A DNA stretch of 64,000 bases from a virus, in IMG/VR virus record IMGVR_UViG_3300027908_000005, positions 1 to 64,000 of that record; one strand, written 5' to 3'. A program made the translations under genes and the position numbers. The notes beneath the pieces were generated by a model, which ran no database searches, had not been told where the DNA came from, and saw only the letters and a program-made list of their open reading frames with translations. How positions within the stretch are numbered: position 1 is the stretch's first letter; the number at the start of each line of letters is the position of its first letter. Positions 7,233 through 15,349 of the stretch are shown here, piece after piece.

Positions 7233-9078
7233 TCCCGTAGTGCGGCCCCCGGTAGCCGACGCCGGGTTGCGGCCGGTTCGCGGCGCCGGCAATGGGGCGC
7301 TCGTAGCACAACGAATGCAACGCGCACGCAATGGCGAGGCTGCGGACCCGGTCGTCGTGTGAACCGGCCTCCCCTCCAGCCCCGCCGCCGGGCAGATGCA
7401 CGTAAGTCAGGCACTCCCCGATCGTATCCCTGTCGTTGATCCAGACGCCGGCGCCGACCTCCTCCGCATCTGAGATATATTTCACGAGGGTATCGTCCGC
7501 GTCACTCTTGGCGCTAGTGGACGGCCAGCCGACCTGCAGCGTCCCCTGCGCCCCCTGGTTGCGCCTCGGCCTCCCGGTCAGATTTACGGGATCGTGCAGG
7601 TAGAGCCCGGTACAATTTTTGCCGACCTGCAGCGGATATTTCAAATCGGGATGATGCTGCAGAAACCCGTTCACGGCGTGCCCGTGGTTCTCGCGCTCGA
7701 CTCCGAGCAACGCCGGCTCGTCCCGCTCGCGCGTGTGATAGCTGTAGTACCAACCTAACTCGTATAACAAACATGCGAACATGAACGGCTCAAATCGTCC
7801 GTGCAGCGTCGCGACGATCTCGATCGCCTGGGCGTCGAGCACGACGGCGTCACAGTAGTCCGAATCTTTGGAAGCGGTGATCCCCTGCGCGGTGTCGGCG
7901 GCGACGATGTAGCGTTTGCCGGCCTGCGGAATCTCCCAGACGCGCAGGTAGGTATCTGGGCGCTGGTCGGCGACGAGGCGGCGGGTATCCTCCATGTCAC
8001 GGGGGAGTTTGAGGGCACCGCGTCCAGTCCAGGGCAACGGTGTGTACTCAGGTTGCTGGACGGTACGCAGCATCGCCATTAACACCGACCGATTAAAGTA
8101 GCTATGACCGGAACTAATAAAGGCTTCTTCTTCGGTCAATGGGAACTCCTGCGGGAACCGCTCTCGATACGTTTTGATCCCCTCCCGGCGCCATTGGAGT
8201 TGCGCCTCGTCCAGCCCATGATCGGCGACGAGTTTTGTCTCCTCGTCGGTTGATCGGAAGTCGGTCGGCGGGGTTGCGCGGTAGTGCGGAGTCAGGTTCC
8301 AGCCGAAAAACCGGGGCGTGAACACCGTCTCGCCCCGGTTGACGCGCTGGCGCTCCTGGTAGTATTCGTTCAGGCCGTTGGTCGTCGTCTCCCTCGTGAT
8401 ATTGCCCAACACGGGCACGGAGGGGAACAGTCCTAACTCCAACTCAGGGTAACGCTCAGACCAGGCGCGCTCGGAGATGTGGACGTTCGATACAGTCCCT
8501 CCGCGACCAAGTGACCCACCCCCGACCATACCCACAAAAAAACCGGAATCGGTATCGTCGAACACAAGTTCGTATTGGTTGCTACGCCGGAGGGGGCGTT
8601 TTTTGTTCTCATCCAAGTGCTTGTAATATCGGTGCACGATCCAGAACAACTTGCGTGTGGTGGCTCCATCATGGGCATAGACGTGACTCTCGATGTTGGG
8701 CGCATTGTAGGTGTCGAGGAAATACAAGGCGAGCCACAGGGTGGACATCCCTTGTTGCCTGGATTTGATACAGTCCTCACGGATACCGTGCAGGGTGTAG
8801 TTATGGCGGCGCCAATCGAACGGCGAGTATTTGGCGGTGAGTAGGTCGAGGTATTGAACCTGGACGGCGTTGGGCTCCAGCGGGACCAGCGAGGCGACAC
8901 CGGTTTTAGGATCAATGACGCGGATCTTGAGGTCAGCCAAGGTGATCTTCGGGACCAACGTCGATTGTGCGACCAGCCTGCGGGCCTTGTTCCCCGAGTG
9001 TTCGCGAAAGAGCCCTTCGAGCCTCCTCGGCCACGTCTGGTGGAAGGGCAGAGAGGTAGATATTGAGGGTTCGGACAT
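7207..9078 (-). CDS. terL: terminase large subunit
   Basis: 623 aa. Walker-A-like KSRQQGMST, Walker-B-like VHISERAW, and a C-terminal nuclease-like segment (YIVAADTAQG ... GSHDDRVRSLAIA). Directly downstream of the small subunit. Confidence 0.9.
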   Translation of the reverse strand: MSEPSISTSLPFHQTWPRRLEGLFREHSGNKARRLVAQSTLVPKITLADLKIRVIDPKTGVASLVPLEPNAVQVQYLDLLTAKYSPFDWRRHNYTLHGIREDCIKSRQQGMSTLWLALYFLDTYNAPNIESHVYAHDGATTRKLFWIVHRYYKHLDENKKRPLRRSNQYELVFDDTDSGFFVGMVGGGSLGRGGTVSNVHISERAWSERYPELELGLFPSVPVLGNITRETTTNGLNEYYQERQRVNRGETVFTPRFFGWNLTPHYRATPPTDFRSTDEETKLVADHGLDEAQLQWRREGIKTYRERFPQEFPLTEEEAFISSGHSYFNRSVLMAMLRTVQQPEYTPLPWTGRGALKLPRDMEDTRRLVADQRPDTYLRVWEIPQAGKRYIVAADTAQGITASKDSDYCDAVVLDAQAIEIVATLHGRFEPFMFACLLYELGWYYSYHTRERDEPALLGVERENHGHAVNGFLQHHPDLKYPLQVGKNCTGLYLHDPVNLTGRPRRNQGAQGTLQVGWPSTSAKSDADDTLVKYISDAEEVGAGVWINDRDTIGECLTYVHLPGGGAGGEAGSHDDRVRSLAIACALHSLCYERPIAGAANRPQPGVGYRGPHYGNARGESKY

Positions 9079-9520
9079 CAACCTGCGTCTCCTGCTCCTC
9101 GGCCATCTTATAGATTTGCGCCAGCTTATAGAGGGCGTCCAGGGCGTTATGTCGTCGAATCTTCAGTCGCCCCTTATCAGTATACTCGACGGTATCGAAG
9201 GTATGCATAACGTTGCGTTCGACGGCCTTACGCATGTCAATGAAAACGCCGCCGGTTATCGGGTCCACGGTCACGAAATCATCGAGGCTACCACGTGCAA
9301 TATCGCTGATACGCGCTATCATTTCTTCTGGTGACATAGCGTGCCGCCGCAAAATATCAGAGAGTGATAAATGTTTGTTAATCCTCTTGAGGACAGCAAA
9401 ACCGGACTGTGCAGGATGAGGATAACCACAACGACGGGCAGATTCGGAGGCGTTAAAGTTGCATTCACCCAGATAGAGGGAGAGAAATTTACGATGACGG
9501 GGAGATAATGCACGTGGCAT
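8933..9520 (-). CDS. terS: terminase small subunit
   Basis: 195 aa. N-terminal HRKFLSLYLGECNFNASESARRCGY matches the Terminase_2-type HTH pattern. Overlaps terL by 146 nt; GC3 in the overlap favours the terL frame. Confidence 0.75.
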   Translation of the reverse strand: MPRALSPRHRKFLSLYLGECNFNASESARRCGYPHPAQSGFAVLKRINKHLSLSDILRRHAMSPEEMIARISDIARGSLDDFVTVDPITGGVFIDMRKAVERNVMHTFDTVEYTDKGRLKIRRHNALDALYKLAQIYKMAEEQETQVDVRTLNIYLSALPPDVAEEARRALSRTLGEQGPQAGRTIDVGPEDHLG

Positions 9521-9525
9521 AGGGG

Positions 9526-9699
9526 TTACGCCAACATATTATTTTTAATCAGGGCATTCAGCGATTCGGCGGTGATCCGTACGCATTTTCCGAATCTCAG
9601 AATTTTGAGCGTGCCGTCGGCAATGAGTCGATTGACGGATTGCCTGCTGATTCGCAGCATATCGCCGGCCTCGCGGATAGAGTAACAGAGCCTTTCCAT
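9526..9699 (-). CDS. excisionase/MerR-type HTH DNA-binding protein
   Basis: 57 aa from the internal ATG of track ORF 9526..9909: MERLCYSIREAGDMLRISRQSVNRLIADGTLKILRFGKCVRITAESLNALI, an HTH_17-like pattern. Confidence 0.65.
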   Translation of the reverse strand: MERLCYSIREAGDMLRISRQSVNRLIADGTLKILRFGKCVRITAESLNALIKNNMLA

Positions 9700-9724
9700 A
9701 TCAATTCTCCGACACTTAGCCAAC

Positions 9725-9738
9725 AATCTAATTAGATT
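9725..9738. promoter_or_regulatory. 14-bp perfect palindrome AATCTAATTAGATT (candidate operator)
   Basis: Read directly from the sequence, 26 nt upstream of the HTH gene start. Flanked by a GGACT/AGTCC hairpin and a 10-bp inverted repeat (9754-9763 / 9811-9820). Confidence 0.35.
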
Positions 9739-9985
9739 ACGGACTAAATGAGTCCAGCCGGGCGAATGTATCTGTGTGTAGCGAGATAGCAGATAACCGC
9801 TACGCTCCCGGCCCGGCTGGACGCGTTGTGTGTAAAGCCTATCCCTGTACGCATGGGGAGCGTGGAGGGATCTGGCAGCCTGCAACATCCCCTTGAGATG
9901 CCCTCGCACGACCGAGGCGGGAGAGTTTTAGCCAGGCTCGGCGGAGACCAGGCACGGAGGCACTGGGCGCCATCTCGTGATTATA

Positions 9986-10061
9986 GTGCCAGGGCTGGAT
10001 TTGAGCCAGCGATCTCCAGGTTATGAGCCTGGCGGGGACAGCCGGACTCCCCCACCCGGCA
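9986..10061 (-). tRNA. tRNA-Met/Ile2-type (anticodon CAT)
   Basis: Hand-folded 76-nt cloverleaf: acceptor TGCCGGG/CCTGGCA (one G-U), D arm GGGG-11 nt-CCCC, anticodon arm CCAGG-CTCATAA-CCTGG, variable AGATC, T arm GCTGG-CTCAAAT-CCAGC. No CCA encoded. Confidence 0.8.
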
Positions 10062-10074
10062 TCGCACATTGAGG

Positions 10075-10104
10075 ATTATAGCGACGATACGCGCAGCATG
10101 TCAA
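10075..10104 (-). promoter_or_regulatory. promoter TTGACA-N18-TATAAT for the tRNA
   Basis: Minus-strand TTGACA (10104-10099) and TATAAT (10080-10075). The tRNA 5' end is at 10061. Confidence 0.55.
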
Positions 10105-10123
10105 TAGGGCACAAACTTCTACT

Positions 10124-10152
10124 GTCACAAAAGGGCGAAAATCGGTTATAAT
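10124..10152 (+). promoter_or_regulatory. promoter GTCACA-N17-TATAAT
   Basis: Consensus -10 with a 4/6 match at -35. Divergent from the tRNA promoter. Followed by AGGAGG and ATG 10175. Confidence 0.4.
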
Positions 10153-10174
10153 GACTATTAGGAGGATTGTGATT

Positions 10175-10405
10175 ATGGAGATTCCAACGACGGCGGATGT
10201 GGAGGCGGCGCGCGACGTGCTGCGCCGGCACGAGGCGGCGCATCGCGCCAGGACGGGAAGAGTGGGCGGGCGCCCCTGTACACGGGTGTGCGAGTGCGGG
10301 CGGACGGACGGGACGCACAGCGCCCGGTGTCCCATATCCGCGCGGGAGCGGATGCGGCGGGTGAAGGATCGACAGAGGCTGGAGGAGAAAAATACCGAAA
10401 AATAA
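10175..10405 (+). CDS. hypothetical protein (Cys-rich, basic)
   Basis: Track ORF starts at 10151, but AGGAGG at 10160-10165 favours ATG 10175. 76 aa. Confidence 0.5.
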   Translation: MEIPTTADVEAARDVLRRHEAAHRARTGRVGGRPCTRVCECGRTDGTHSARCPISARERMRRVKDRQRLEEKNTEK

Positions 10406-10439
10406 TCTGATATTTCTTGTTTTGGTAGACACATGACGG

Positions 10440-10468
10440 TTTACAAAACGAAGAAATACCCTTATAAC
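10440..10468 (+). promoter_or_regulatory. promoter TTTACA-N17-TATAAC
   Basis: 5/6 matches at both hexamers. Lies in the AT-rich gap after 10405 and precedes a GC-rich leader of about 260 nt. Confidence 0.45.
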
Positions 10469-10732
10469 AGGTATGTAAGGACGCATTGAACAAACCGGAC
10501 CCGGCCCTAGCGAAGCCGACCACATACAGAGATCCCCGGAACGGGCGCGAGCCCTCCACCCCACCGAGACCGCAACGGTCAGAGCCCTGGGGAACACCCG
10601 GCGGATAAGTTTGGCAGTAACCGCCCCCCTCCAGGTAGGGAACCGCGCCGGGTTGCGCCCGGTTAGCATCAAATGAGCCGTTCGAGTCGGCTCGGGGGGG
10701 CATTCGACAAAACACAACGAGGAGAGAGAGAC

Positions 10733-10927
10733 ATGTCCCGACAACACTTCCGGCCCTGGGCCGTCCGCCGCGCTGACGGAACCTACGTCAGTGAGCCGCA
10801 CATGACCGAGGACCGGCAGACCGTGAAGGATCTGAGTCTTGATGAGGCCCGCGAGTTCGTCCGCAACCTGGACCGCGCCGGCTTTCCCGGCAGTAGCGTC
10901 GTTGCCTATCCCGAGGAGTACCGCTGA
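10733..10927 (+). CDS. hypothetical protein
   Basis: ATG 10733 is preceded by GGAGAGAGAG. 64 aa. The track ORF starts at 10673 without an SD. Confidence 0.5.
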   Translation: MSRQHFRPWAVRRADGTYVSEPHMTEDRQTVKDLSLDEAREFVRNLDRAGFPGSSVVAYPEEYR

Positions 10928-10955
10928 ATTGAGCCCAGAGGGGCAAAGGAGAGAC

Positions 10956-11219
10956 ATGGAATCGAAGTGCCTGCTGACGCTAAATGACTCCGACGCCCGG
11001 CACGCAAGCGCCGGGCTCATGCAGGGCGCAACGCAATCGGATGCAACCGGTTTTCGCCTGGAGCGGATCATCAATGCCGCCCGATTCGCGGCTCCCGCCG
11101 AATGCGCGCCGGAGGACGTCGCCGCAATTTCGGAGGCGATGTGGGAATACCGGCGTGCACACGGCGTCCCGGACCGGCGTTCCCTCCGGGAGATGCTAGC
11201 GGATGAGTCGACGCAATGA
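10956..11219 (+). CDS. hypothetical protein
   Basis: In-frame ATG 10956 of track ORF 10839..11219, preceded by AAAGGAGAG. 87 aa. Confidence 0.5.
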   Translation: MESKCLLTLNDSDARHASAGLMQGATQSDATGFRLERIINAARFAAPAECAPEDVAAISEAMWEYRRAHGVPDRRSLREMLADESTQ

Positions 11220-11302
11220 CCGCCCACATTCAACGCCTCGACCGTGGCCGCGTCCGGGCCGACCTCGTGCAGTCCGGTCGGCTCGTGGACACGCGTGCAT
11301 GA
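11216..11302 (+). CDS. micro-ORF (28 aa)
   Basis: Hand-translated MTAHIQRLDRGRVRADLVQSGRLVDTRA. ATGA overlaps at both ends bridge the two flanking genes. Confidence 0.3.
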   Translation: MTAHIQRLDRGRVRADLVQSGRLVDTRA

Positions 11303-11457
11303 ACACCTATACCGTTTACGCAGTATGCCTCTACGATGGCAGCCTGCTGTGCTACTGGAGTCGCGAGTTTGCCGACTCCGTCCTGGCCCGGCGCACCGAT
11401 GCCTACGCGCGCCGCACGATCAGCGTGGCCGACACCGCCGGCTACATCATTTATTGA
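11299..11457 (+). CDS. hypothetical protein (52 aa)
   Basis: In-frame ATG of track ORF 11203..11457. Product MNTYTVYAVCLYDGSLLCYW... Confidence 0.45.
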   Translation: MNTYTVYAVCLYDGSLLCYWSREFADSVLARRTDAYARRTISVADTAGYIIY

Positions 11458-11480
11458 GTCCACAGGGGCAGAGGAGAGAG

Positions 11481-11849
11481 ATGAGCACCGCAACGACCGA
11501 ACTGATTGAAACCAGCCGGATCTTCCCGCCCCACCCCGCGCACGAGACCGCGAAGCTGGCGGCCCTGGTCGCCTCGATGCAGGCAGAGGGCTGGCAGGGT
11601 CGTCCGCTCCTCGTGTTGGAGATTGCGGAAGGCTTTCTCGCCCTAACCGGCTCCCATCGCTATGCTGCCGCACGAAAGGCGGGGCTGGAGGAAATCCCAT
11701 GCGTCTTGGCGAGCATCGACCACGCGACATTTGAGGCCGAATACGGCCCGATCATCGGCATGGATGATGAGGATCTCCTGAGCGCACTGCGCGAGGCCGG
11801 CGACGAGGCTGCAGCGACGCTCATGGCCGAGGAGATCGCCGCCAACTGA
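11481..11849 (+). CDS. ParB-like nuclease domain protein
   Basis: 122 aa. SD GAGGAGAGAG. IETSRIFPPHP ... LALTGSHRYAAARKAGLEEIPCVL matches the ParB N-terminal (ParBc) GxxR pattern. No partition-type HTH. Confidence 0.65.
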   Translation: MSTATTELIETSRIFPPHPAHETAKLAALVASMQAEGWQGRPLLVLEIAEGFLALTGSHRYAAARKAGLEEIPCVLASIDHATFEAEYGPIIGMDDEDLLSALREAGDEAAATLMAEEIAAN

Positions 11850-11956
11850 ACCCGTTTTCTCTTTAATCGAACCGACTACGGAAGTGGCGCCGCCCAAAAA
11901 CGGCAACCGGTCACACACGAAGGGATTGAAACCAACACGAGAGAGGGGACATTGAA

Positions 11957-12385
11957 ATGCTCTATCTGAACCAGCACGACGGCCGCACCGAAGCCGAGTA
12001 CATCCACCTCAGCGCCGAACTCGTTACCGAGGCACGGACGCGTAACTGGCAGATTTTCTTTTTTCAGGATCAGCTTGTCGCCACCGCCGACTCGGCGGAA
12101 CTGGAGGACGACGGCAACGAGTGGGAGGAGATGGGGGCCGAGCACCAGGAGAATATCCTGGCGCGGGCGTATCGGCCCGCAGAAGGGGGATTGAACCCGA
12201 TGGCATTTTCAGAAACCGAACAGGCCTGGTGGGACTGGCTGGAACTCCAGTCACCCGAACTTCAGGCCCGATACGAGTCCGCCGTCACCGCTGCTGCCGA
12301 CCAGCGCGGGGGACGACTCACCAACGAGGACACGCCGATCGTGCAGGCGATCAGGCGCACATTCCGCAAGGAGGTGCCCAGATGA
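11957..12385 (+). CDS. hypothetical protein
   Basis: Track ORF, 142 aa, acidic. SD GAGAGAGGGGAC upstream. Confidence 0.55.
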   Translation: MLYLNQHDGRTEAEYIHLSAELVTEARTRNWQIFFFQDQLVATADSAELEDDGNEWEEMGAEHQENILARAYRPAEGGLNPMAFSETEQAWWDWLELQSPELQARYESAVTAAADQRGGRLTNEDTPIVQAIRRTFRKEVPR

Positions 12386-12774
12386 AACCGATGAACGCAT
12401 TAACTATCACCGTCACCCAGGGCGACATCAACGTCTGCCGCTCCTACCACCCCGAAAATCCCCTGCGCCGCGCCATCGAGCGCGCAACCGCCCGTGCCGG
12501 GTTCGCCTGTCGGGCGGCCCATCGAACGTACGCCCTGGTCGGGCCAGAGGGGGCCTTACTCGGTGATCCGGGGCTGGTGTGTCCCCCGCGACCGGGCGCC
12601 CCTCTGTTTCGTGCCGATCGCCGGGAATGGCGGATGGCGGGCGCAATCGCAGGCCCTCACCCCCGGCCCCTCTCCCAAGTTTGGGAGAGGGGAGCTTCTA
12701 TGTCTCCCCCTTCTCCCAAATTTGGGAGAAGGGGGGCTATTTTTTTGTCTGCTCCGCGATCCTCAACCGCCTGA
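12382..12774 (+). CDS. hypothetical protein, 3' end uncertain
   Basis: ATGA-coupled ATG 12382. The first ~60 aa look protein-like, but the frame then runs through two GC-rich hairpin repeats and overlaps the convergent gene. Confidence 0.4.
   Translation: MKPMNALTITVTQGDINVCRSYHPENPLRRAIERATARAGFACRAAHRTYALVGPEGALLGDPGLVCPPRPGAPLFRADRREWRMAGAIAGPHPRPLSQVWERGASMSPPSPKFGRRGAIFLSAPRSSTA
12667..12746 (+). terminator. tandem GC-rich hairpins; the second is followed by a T7 run
   Basis: Hairpin 1 at 12667-12692 (CCCCTCTCCCAA gt TTGGGAGAGGGG). Hairpin 2 at 12706-12735 (15-bp stem), then the T-run at 12740-12746. Located at a convergent gene junction. Confidence 0.5.
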
Positions 12775-12970
12775 CGTCCGCCAAAATGCGGGCGATATGC
12801 TCCCGGCGGATCCGGGCCTGCATCGAGGTATACCCCTTATCGCGCGCCCGGTGTGAGCGACGCTCCAGGCGGTCGGCGATTGCCGCCAGTTGATCCATGT
12901 AATCGACGCTGACGGTTTCCGGCGAATCCCCGTCAGCCTGATAGCCGGGCGGGCGCGTCCATTTCGACAT
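12737..12970 (-). CDS. hypothetical protein
   Basis: Track ORF is 12737..12988. ATG 12970 has AGGGAGAG 8 nt upstream. 77 aa, basic C-terminus. Confidence 0.5.
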   Translation of the reverse strand: MSKWTRPPGYQADGDSPETVSVDYMDQLAAIADRLERRSHRARDKGYTSMQARIRREHIARILADVRRLRIAEQTKK

Positions 12971-13079
12971 TTTAATCTCTCCCTTCAAAAACTACAAAAG
13001 TAGAATGGCACCCCTACCGAATGCCATGTTCCTGGTCAGATGCGGTTTTCTGCCGTGCTGAGCCATGAGAAACCGCATT

Positions 13080-13424
13080 CTAGCCTGTCGGCTCCGCCGT
13101 CGCCTCCCGCAGCACCCTCAGCGCCGACTCCCCCGCCTCCTGCCACGTGGCGACTCGAAATCCCTCCGGCCCTGGCGTGGCGTCAGCGAGCAAGAGGACG
13201 GCCTCGGTGATCGTCTCGTTGAGTCGCTCCCGATCCGCCGACATCGCCTCGATCAGAGACGCGGCGCGAGCGTTGCTCGACTCCAGGGCGACAGCCAACT
13301 CCCGCGCCGCCGTCAACGCCCCGCACAGACGCGCGACGATCGCCGTGTCGAAATCGGCGGGGTCGGGACCGGTGGAACATCTCGACCAGAAACTGAGTTC
13401 CTCATCCGTAACGCCATCAGCCAT
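13080..13424 (-). CDS. hypothetical protein
   Basis: Track ORF, 114 aa, acidic and A/L-rich. 8-nt overlap with the upstream gene. Confidence 0.5.
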   Translation of the reverse strand: MADGVTDEELSFWSRCSTGPDPADFDTAIVARLCGALTAARELAVALESSNARAASLIEAMSADRERLNETITEAVLLLADATPGPEGFRVATWQEAGESALRVLREATAEPTG

Positions 13425-13914
13425 TGGACTCGACTCCCTTCAATGCCTCATCCGCCAAACTCCACGCCGCATAACTGCTCCGACAAGATTCGTGGGCGCA
13501 CAACTCAAACCCGTCGCAGACTCTCCCGCTCTGTTCGCGGATCTGTTGTAGCGCCGCCCGCAGCCGGTCCCGTTCCGCGATTAGGGCCTCCTTCGCCCCT
13601 ACAACGCCCTCCGTGGCCGTTGCGCCCGTTTCCGGCGCTTCCGCAGCGTCCGCGCCGGGTAGGCCGCACAGGACCTCCCCTGCGGCACAGACGCGCGTCT
13701 CGATAACGCCCCCGCGCCCCGCGTGTCGCCACCAGACGCCGGTGCCCGTCCCGACCGGGACGGCGGGATCGTACCAGGACTGCCCATCCACCGACCGGAA
13801 AATGACCGCACCGTTGGCGACGCCGCAACGCTGGCACTTCTGGCCGGCGCGTTCGCGGACGGACCGGGAGATTTTGGGCCAGTCAGAGGGGTAGGCATCT
13901 TTGCGCATCGGCAT
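13417..13914 (-). CDS. zinc-ribbon protein with HNH-endonuclease-like N-terminal motif
   Basis: ATG 13914 is preceded by GGGAGGAGGA. YPSDWPKISRSVRERAGQKCQRCG resembles the start of phage HNH proteins, but I see no catalytic H-N-H. Confidence 0.4.
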   Translation of the reverse strand: MPMRKDAYPSDWPKISRSVRERAGQKCQRCGVANGAVIFRSVDGQSWYDPAVPVGTGTGVWWRHAGRGGVIETRVCAAGEVLCGLPGADAAEAPETGATATEGVVGAKEALIAERDRLRAALQQIREQSGRVCDGFELCAHESCRSSYAAWSLADEALKGVESNG

Positions 13915-14344
13915 CTTCGGGTTCCTCCTCCCGTGCTGGTGGCGGCGGATAGAGCGCCGCGAAGGGTGTGGGCACCCGGCCACAGGCGGGATTGCCGCAC
14001 GCGACGTCATGCCCCCTGCCAAAACGAACGACGGCGCAGAACTCACACCGAACGGGCTTCGCTTCCATTCGTACCCTGCCGTAATGGCGATCCAGACGCA
14101 TCGTTAGGAGCACCCATGCGTCATAAAGGGCATCGTCGAACGGCTGCGCCAGATGAGCCCGCCGGGCCGCCCCCTCCTCGAGTTCCAGTGGCGAACAGGC
14201 GGGGTAGCCGTCCTTCGCCAACTTGTGCGGTCGTTCGCATTTCTCCTCGCCGTATTCAGATTTTCGTTTCGAACTCAAGACGGTGCGTTCGTCGATCGTC
14301 TTCTCGGCTCTCGGCCGTCTGTCCGTCTTGACGGCTTGCGGCAT
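13883..14344 (-). CDS. hypothetical protein (Cys-rich)
   Basis: Track ORF, 153 aa. CEFC ... CGNPAC. Overlaps the upstream gene by 89 nt, so the start is uncertain. Confidence 0.45.
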   Translation of the reverse strand: MPQAVKTDRRPRAEKTIDERTVLSSKRKSEYGEEKCERPHKLAKDGYPACSPLELEEGAARRAHLAQPFDDALYDAWVLLTMRLDRHYGRVRMEAKPVRCEFCAVVRFGRGHDVACGNPACGRVPTPFAALYPPPPAREEEPEDADAQRCLPL

Positions 14345-14708
14345 TTGTGTCCCTCTCCTTCTTCGGTTGGCGCTTTGCCGTCCCCGTCTCCGTGAGGGTC
14401 GGCGTCTCCGCTATCAAAACATCGTAACATCGTCTGCAATACATATACCTGGAAGGGTTGCTCTGTCCTCTGGTATCGCGGGGATGGGTGGCCGGATCTA
14501 ACCCGCAGCGTAGACACCGACCTTGTTCGCCCCGAACGTATTGGGTCAGACCGGGGCGGATCACCTCGAGTGCTACGCGCAGATCGTCGGTCATCGGCGG
14601 CGAAACGAGCGAGAACTTAAAGATTCCGCCTACGAGCTTCCATTTCACACCCCGTCGATCGAGGTCTTCGAGGATCTTCTCCAGGTTTTCGTCACGTGAC
14701 TCGATCAT
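14256..14708 (-). CDS. hypothetical protein with CxxC pairs
   Basis: ATGA-coupled ATG 14708 within track ORF 14256..14843. CLRCG ... CRRC. Confidence 0.5.
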   Translation of the reverse strand: MIESRDENLEKILEDLDRRGVKWKLVGGIFKFSLVSPPMTDDLRVALEVIRPGLTQYVRGEQGRCLRCGLDPATHPRDTRGQSNPSRYMYCRRCYDVLIAETPTLTETGTAKRQPKKERDTNAASRQDGQTAESREDDRRTHRLEFETKI

Positions 14709-15091
14709 CCCAACGGCTCCAGCCCCGCCCTCTGTAACTCCTCCGCCGACAGCCAAATATGGTAGAGGCTGCTGAAACGATAGACCAGCACATAAAGCCT
14801 CTGCCGTTCGGCGTCCCATCGGAGACCGCGCACCCACGAGCACGTTTTCGCCGGGATATAGTCGGATTCGTCAACATCCTCACTCAACTTCTCCCGTTCC
14901 AACAATTCCGCAAACTGCATTTGCGTCTGCTGATCCTGCCGACGCTCCAACTCCAACGCGATCGTCTGCGTCAGCCCCGGATAGCGCAATTCGAGGTCTT
15001 CGATCGTCCGAATCATCCACAACAGATAGCCCGCCGGAACCTCCGCAAGCGGCTCCCCGCAATGCTTCCCGAACGGGATCGAATCGTACAT
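14705..15091 (-). CDS. DUF3820-like protein
   Basis: 128 aa. N-terminal IPFGKHCGEPLAEVPAGYLLWM matches the 'PFGKYKG..l.evP..Yl.Wl' pattern of DUF3820 as I remember it. Confidence 0.5.
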   Translation of the reverse strand: MYDSIPFGKHCGEPLAEVPAGYLLWMIRTIEDLELRYPGLTQTIALELERRQDQQTQMQFAELLEREKLSEDVDESDYIPAKTCSWVRGLRWDAERQRLYVLVYRFSSLYHIWLSAEELQRAGLEPLG

Positions 15092-15097
15092 CTCGCG

Positions 15098-15349
15098 TCA
15101 CCCTCCGGCCAGCACCAACAGCGCCATCTCGTCGATCTGCGCCTCGATCGAGGCTACGATCCCCGGCGTCAGCCAGATGTGTTCCCGGTCGTAGACGAAA
15201 TTCAAATCTTCGTCCACGTCGAATGGGACGGCACGGAGGCGGAGTTGATCCAGGCACCATTCGGCCGGCTGGACGAAGAAACCGTTTCGGGTGTATTCGG
15301 ACCAGTGGAGGAGGCGGTGGAGTTCGTCAGGCATCGACGGGTTCCCCAT
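15098..15349 (-). CDS. hypothetical protein
   Basis: In-frame ATG 15349 (or 15334) of track ORF 15098..15454, overlapping the upstream stop region. Confidence 0.45.
   Translation of the reverse strand: MGNPSMPDELHRLLHWSEYTRNGFFVQPAEWCLDQLRLRAVPFDVDEDLNFVYDREHIWLTPGIVASIEAQIDEMALLVLAGG

Noticed and set aside
8933-9078. 146-nt overlap between terS and terL as evidence of recoding
   Set aside because: Both frames have ordinary starts and stops. GC3 simply favours the terL frame in the overlap, and alternative later terL starts (TTG) are possible. This is treated as an ordinary overlap or start uncertainty.
9986-10061. tRNA genes as prophage attachment junctions (attL/attR)
   Set aside because: No integrase or recombination directionality genes were recognised in the window. 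The excisionase-type HTH (9526..9699) reads as a regulator and does not make an integration module on its own. Phage genes continue on both sides of both tRNAs, and both tRNAs have their own promoters.
10694-10720. tmRNA-like 5' end (GGGGGGGCATTCGAC)
   Set aside because: The resemblance is limited to about 15 nt. There is no tRNA-like 3' domain or tag reading frame downstream; an SD and a protein gene follow instead.
10076-11233. 385-aa minus-strand ORF, the longest ORF in this region
   Set aside because: Arg/Pro/Ala/Ser-rich composition typical of an off-frame read in GC-rich DNA. It is antisense to a chain of plus-strand genes that have SDs and ATGA couplings. No motif recognised.
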